A DNA stretch of 64,000 bases. Source: Dudresnaya verticillata (lineage: Eukaryota). A program made the position numbers and the translations under genes. Under the pieces are notes generated by a model that saw nothing but the letters and a program-made list of their open reading frames with translations, was not told where the DNA came from and searched no databases. The stretch lies in contig OZ374564.1 of NCBI GenBank assembly GCA_977862235.1, forward strand, positions 1,488,001 through 1,552,000. Reading direction: 5' to 3'. This document shows, in pieces, positions 59,606-64,000 of the stretch (position 1 is the stretch's first letter; every line of letters begins with the position of its first letter).

Positions 59606-59965
59606 TGTAGTATAGCTTTTAGCACCCCCATCAGCTGTAAGGGGATGCACAGCCGCGCACTGTGATGGTGTCTGCGACGACGCCCGCTGCCAAGTCGTAT
59701 TTGGGCAGCGAGCCCGTTAGTTTTTTTGTTAATTCTAGAGGCGATCGATCGCCTTGCTGTCGGAAGCGGCCGCACACCGTGCCACGCGCACCCCAGTGTC
59801 CCTCTCCAGCATCGACCCGTTCAGATAGCCGTTGCTCGATACGCCCCGCGCGCGGGAAGCCGTTATTCGCACGTGTCCACACGTGTATGGGCGCGCGCGC
59901 ACACCTCCCGCGTTGGTGCTGTAGAGGACGTATTCAATGTAAAAGTAGCTGTAGGTGTACATAGT
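59606..59965 (+). repeat. Truncated 3' LTR of a D-family element
   Basis: TGTAGTATAG after PPT GAGGGGGCCG, colinear with the first half of the D LTR. Confidence 0.88.
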
Positions 59966-59969
59966 CTGG

Positions 59970-61200
59970 AGTAATTATCCGTGCCACCCTTCGCGTCGTT
60001 CCAGATGCCGCATAACTGAAATCCCTCCCTTATTGCGCTTGGAATAAATGACGTAGAATAGGCATCATGGATACAGTATCCGACGTCAAACGCATTCAGT
60101 TTGGACTTTTGGCGAGCTGCGCGATGTAAGACGTGCTGAAAAAAAGACTTGTATGCTCCAAATGTCGTTTTGTCCAGGGGTTGAAGCTCGTGAAATCAAT
60201 GGGATTCCATAGCCATTGTGATAATATGGTTCTGTTTCAGGAACCGAAGAGTCTCAAACTGGCATGTGCGCTGTATCCTTCAATAATCAGCGGCAACTTT
60301 TGTCCATTTATGCGCAAGTGGATTGTCTCCTTAATGAATTCCGGAGCCCATGCATACCAAATCGCGGCGTCGGTCCCGGGGACTTCACGATACGAAAAGA
60401 AGCAATCCAGAAAAACATTTTGCAGCGTCTGCTTTTGGCCGAGCACCGTTCGGTAGTGAGCGGTTTTTCCAGGGAATATCACGTACAGTGTAAAGGCTTT
60501 TCCTGCCGCGTTCACAACCGGCAGAATTGTTACTCGGTCAAGATGCCCATTCTTGCGGATTTTTTTCTGCAGCAGAGTGTCGCCTACATTCCCGACTCCC
60601 TTCCGAAGAGCACGTCCCATCATTTTTCGAATGATGCGCCACTTTGGCCCATATTAAAAATGAATTTGGGCCATGAATAGGTAACGGTTTATTGCAGCTT
60701 GAACACACGCAATATGCTCAGAAACATGCGTTTTGTCATTGCTCGAACACGGATGTCCTCCACCTGCCTGACGGCCTTGTACGATAGACCGTGCCTCTTC
60801 ATGAAGTTGTCTCCGGCTTTGCGTGACGGTCGGTTGTTTTTAAAGCCATTTTTCTGCTCCGTCTCCTCCAGCATCCCAACATAGGTTTGGACGAGGTCCA
60901 GAACGCCGGGCTTCGTCAGCGGAGTATTGTTTCCAGCGTACCAGCGTACTAGCGAATGGCCTCAGCCATAACGATCTCATGCTGGCAAGCAAGGGGAAAC
61001 GGTCGCTCAGGAGACGGGAGAAATATTCGGATGTCTTGCGGGCTTTCCGGGTCACGGTCTGAACTGCTGCGCACCCCGTTCCGCCAAGCCGCCCTGCTTT
61101 TGTGCACAATACAGCCATATTTTGCGGTCAGCCCATGCCAAGTAGCCTGTGAGCTATTGCGACGCTCGAAAAGCGCCCTTTGAAGGATCTGGTGATCGTT
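59970..61200 (-). pseudogene. Pogo/Fot1-like (Tc1-mariner, DDE_1) transposase remnant
   Basis: HTH-like 'FKNNRPSRKAGDNFMKRHGLSYK'. Catalytic-region motifs 'RVTILPVVNAAGKAFTLYVIFPGK' and 'LIIEGYSAH'. Boundaries are approximate. Confidence 0.8.
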
Positions 61201-62029
61201 CATTTCACCGAAAGTTGCAGCGGGATGAAGGGCGTTTGGAGAGGGTACCGTTACTGCGCAGGCACAGTACTCAGCATACGTTTTTCCGATTGAGGCGCCA
61301 AATGTCTCATTTGAAAGCTCTTGGAGCCCGCCAAAACGTGAAGCGACAATATCTGCTTGTTCATCGAAAGCACACGTGTAATAAGTGCTTATACAGCAAA
61401 GAGGGACAGAAAAGGAGCTATTGTCTTTGGAAATTGCCAATTCTCGGCTAATTTACCAGTCGTTGAATTTAGAGCAATTGTGCATTTAGATGCTGGACTT
61501 GTACTCCCCATTATGGATCTCCGAAATGGTCGTTACTGGAGAATACAACCAGTACATATGTAGGGACTGAGATACGCCCTGAAGAAGGGACCGAGAAAAT
61601 GAGGGAAAGAGCGCCTTCCCTTGTCGTGGCAGAGACCCTAATCGTCTACACCGCTAAGCACCAAGCACCCATGCGCCGTCGTCCATACATATTGGATGCT
61701 CGAAAGAGTGGCGACAAAGACAGCCAAGGCTACACAGATGAGGACAAGTTGTCGACCCCAACGAGGAACAAGGCGCCAAAAATGCAAGGCGTTGATTATT
61801 CCGCTGATAGAAATGATGATACTGCGTGTCCTGACCAGAATCACACACCCGACGTTGACGACTCACCAGACTGGACGCCGAAGGAGACCAGGGAGGTCGA
61901 TGGCGTGCCTAATATTGGAGATGTGGGTGTGGGAACCTCGCTGGATAGGCGTAAGCGTCAATAGAGGTATTTCAACCGCCCGGAAGGGGCCCCTTCAGGA
62001 TCATTAATGCAGGCGAAAAGGCGCAGGAT

Positions 62030-62300
62030 ATTGCAAACATTGGAGAGTCAGGGGATTTACAGTATCAACTGCTACTAGAAAACAATGCTTTGGTACTATC
62101 GAGCCTGTGTCTGTCGTAGTCGAGTCACTAAACGTCATGAGTCAGAACGGAGCGGAGTGAACAAAGTCTCTCGCAGGGCTTCTTGAGCACAACTCAAGCA
62201 GGTAATTTTTAGCGGTCGTCCTGTATGCTATATGTTCCTGGAGAGAGCGTTCGGGTTTTCAAGAGAACTTCAGTCAGCGCGGAAAGGGACGAATAGGAGT
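62030..62300 (+). mobile_element. Possible integrase-core remnant (Copia-like)
   Basis: 'GFTVS...IEPVSVVVESLNVM' and 'YVPGESVRVF' loosely resemble retrotransposon integrase core and downstream motifs. Confidence 0.25.
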
Positions 62301-63199
62301 CGTGAAAGGACAGGTAGAGGGCTCTCTGTCACTTCCTCTTCTACTAAGCTGCTCGAGGTGATCTTTTCCTTTCCGGAGCGCCTTGATGACGTCTCCGGAG
62401 ACTTGCAATCGGACAAACAGGAGACTCATCTTCCGTTCTATCAGAAACATTTAGTTTTCAAAATGTCTAACAAGGAACATGGAGCTCTGTATCCTATGCG
62501 AGTGAGGCCATTTACAAGCTACTTCTACAGCGTTTATATTCGAAATTGCCCACAGATCAAGGTAAGGCGCACACATAGGTTTAAAAAATGTCCTGAACGC
62601 GAACAGATGAAACCGTTACTCAAAAAGGCAGCCACAGGTCTTCCTGGCACAGCAGTGCTTCGAGAGCATCGGTCTCGATATCTGAACGAGGTCGCGAAGG
62701 ACAGGACACAGTATCGCAAAAGAGAGAAATGGATTCTATGCACCCGAAGAGCTACTGCTCAGCAATAATCGATGGTGCTGTCCAGTCCGCGTTCCGACTT
62801 CCCAACTTTGTTTGCCATCCGAGTGAAGCTCGAAGTGAGACCCATGTTCTTATTTCTGTTGGAATACCATACCGCACGGGTCGACTGTTATAGGGCAAAG
62901 GCTTGGAACGATAGTGAATAACGGAACGTTGAAGAACTGTTCGTCTCGCGATGATGCGGATGCTTTGAGGCTTCCACGGTCGGATACTCGAAGTTGCTGG
63001 ACACCGTATCTAATCTCAGCAAATGCGCGAAAATAGGAAACGCGCAAGCCTTCAATGCAACCGAGATGCTGCAGCTTGCTTAGAGCGCATGCAAGAGCTG
63101 GGAGACGACTGACCCAGTCATACATGCAAGGTATGAGGTCAGGTTTAACGCGCAAAAGGAAACTACCCTCGGAAACGGTGATTTAGTGACTAATATAGT

Positions 63200-64000
63200 G
63201 CCGACCTCAATACCGTCCTAGGCGCAGTTATACCGTCTCGGACGGACCTCTACCGCCCTCGGCGCTTCGCCGGCAACGGCGTTAAACATCAGAATTCGGG
63301 CGCGAACCTGCTCGCACTTCCAGGAAATGTCGCCCTAGGCGTGGATTACGGAAAAGCCGGTTTCCGATGAGTGACACGCGGAACACGCAGTATACGCGGA
63401 CACGTTGCACACTCGGCACCAGCCGAGCCGCAACCGCTCCAACATGTGGCTGACCAAATCATGTGGTACGTTTCTGTACGTGTAAGTGTAAGCATCCGCT
63501 TTACGTACGCCGCGGCATAGACAAATCTGTCAGGCGCGTGGCTGCATTCCAGGGCACTTGTCAGACCCGCGCTCGGAAGACACGTGTCCTGAGTTCCCGC
63601 GCGCCGCGACAAAGCCGCCGTTTCTGTATCAGTAGCAGTACTACATAGGAAACCCGTCGGGAGACGACTCAGTAAACCCCCGTCACGCCGGTCTGCCTTC
63701 AGACTTCGCCCATTCACTCGATAGCGTCATTACCGCGAACTGCGCTGGAGATTCGACGCGACGATCGCGCTTCCGCGTCCAATTCCGTCTAAGACGTGTA
63801 CCCTTTTTCCCTTTCTCATCCGAGAAGCTCGGTGTCCTCCACCCTCAGCGCTCAAGAGCGGACATCATCGTTACGCTATTAGCGTGGGATACGTGCCCGA
63901 ATACCGCGCAAACGCCTCGTTCCCGTCGTTGACGTGTGTTTTCCCCTTGTCTCCTTTTCCCGTCTGTACGACACTTTCCTTTCCCCCTTTCTCCGCCTCG
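63200..64000 (+). mobile_element. C-related LTR running off the window end
   Basis: 'gacacgtgtcctgagttcccgcgc', 'aatctgtcaggcgcgtggctgcat' and 'cagtaaac' match the reverse complement of 24650-24805. Start coordinate is approximate. Confidence 0.6.

Overview
Eukaryotic nuclear DNA, gene-poor and dominated by decayed transposons. A red-algal origin is my guess from overall style and is not demonstrated. Host content in the first ~19 kb is an intron-containing tRNA-Ala(CGC) gene and two paralogous, apparently intronless genes for secreted proteins built from a repeated 6-Cys module (C-x-S-[GE]-x-H-x-CC-x10-15-C-x3-Y-C-x6-C). In one paralog a TGA sits exactly where the first Cys of the second module should be. 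From 21.7 to 42.2 kb there is a nest of elements that can be reconstructed from target-site duplications (TSDs). The outer Ty3/Gypsy element (A, TSD CAAG) contains a 5'-truncated LINE, several solo LTRs and a 13.6-kb full-length chromodomain Gypsy (D, TSD GGTTC). D carries a ~980-codon antisense ORF of unknown function between two copies of its PPT region, and a second, diverged copy of that ORF lies at 57-59 kb. The rest holds a second nest of solo LTRs, a PIF/Harbinger remnant, a DIRS-type (RNase H/MT/tyrosine recombinase) remnant, a second Gypsy pol and a pogo-like transposase remnant. All TE coding regions are pseudogenised. Family letters A-G are my own labels. Coordinates were read by eye.
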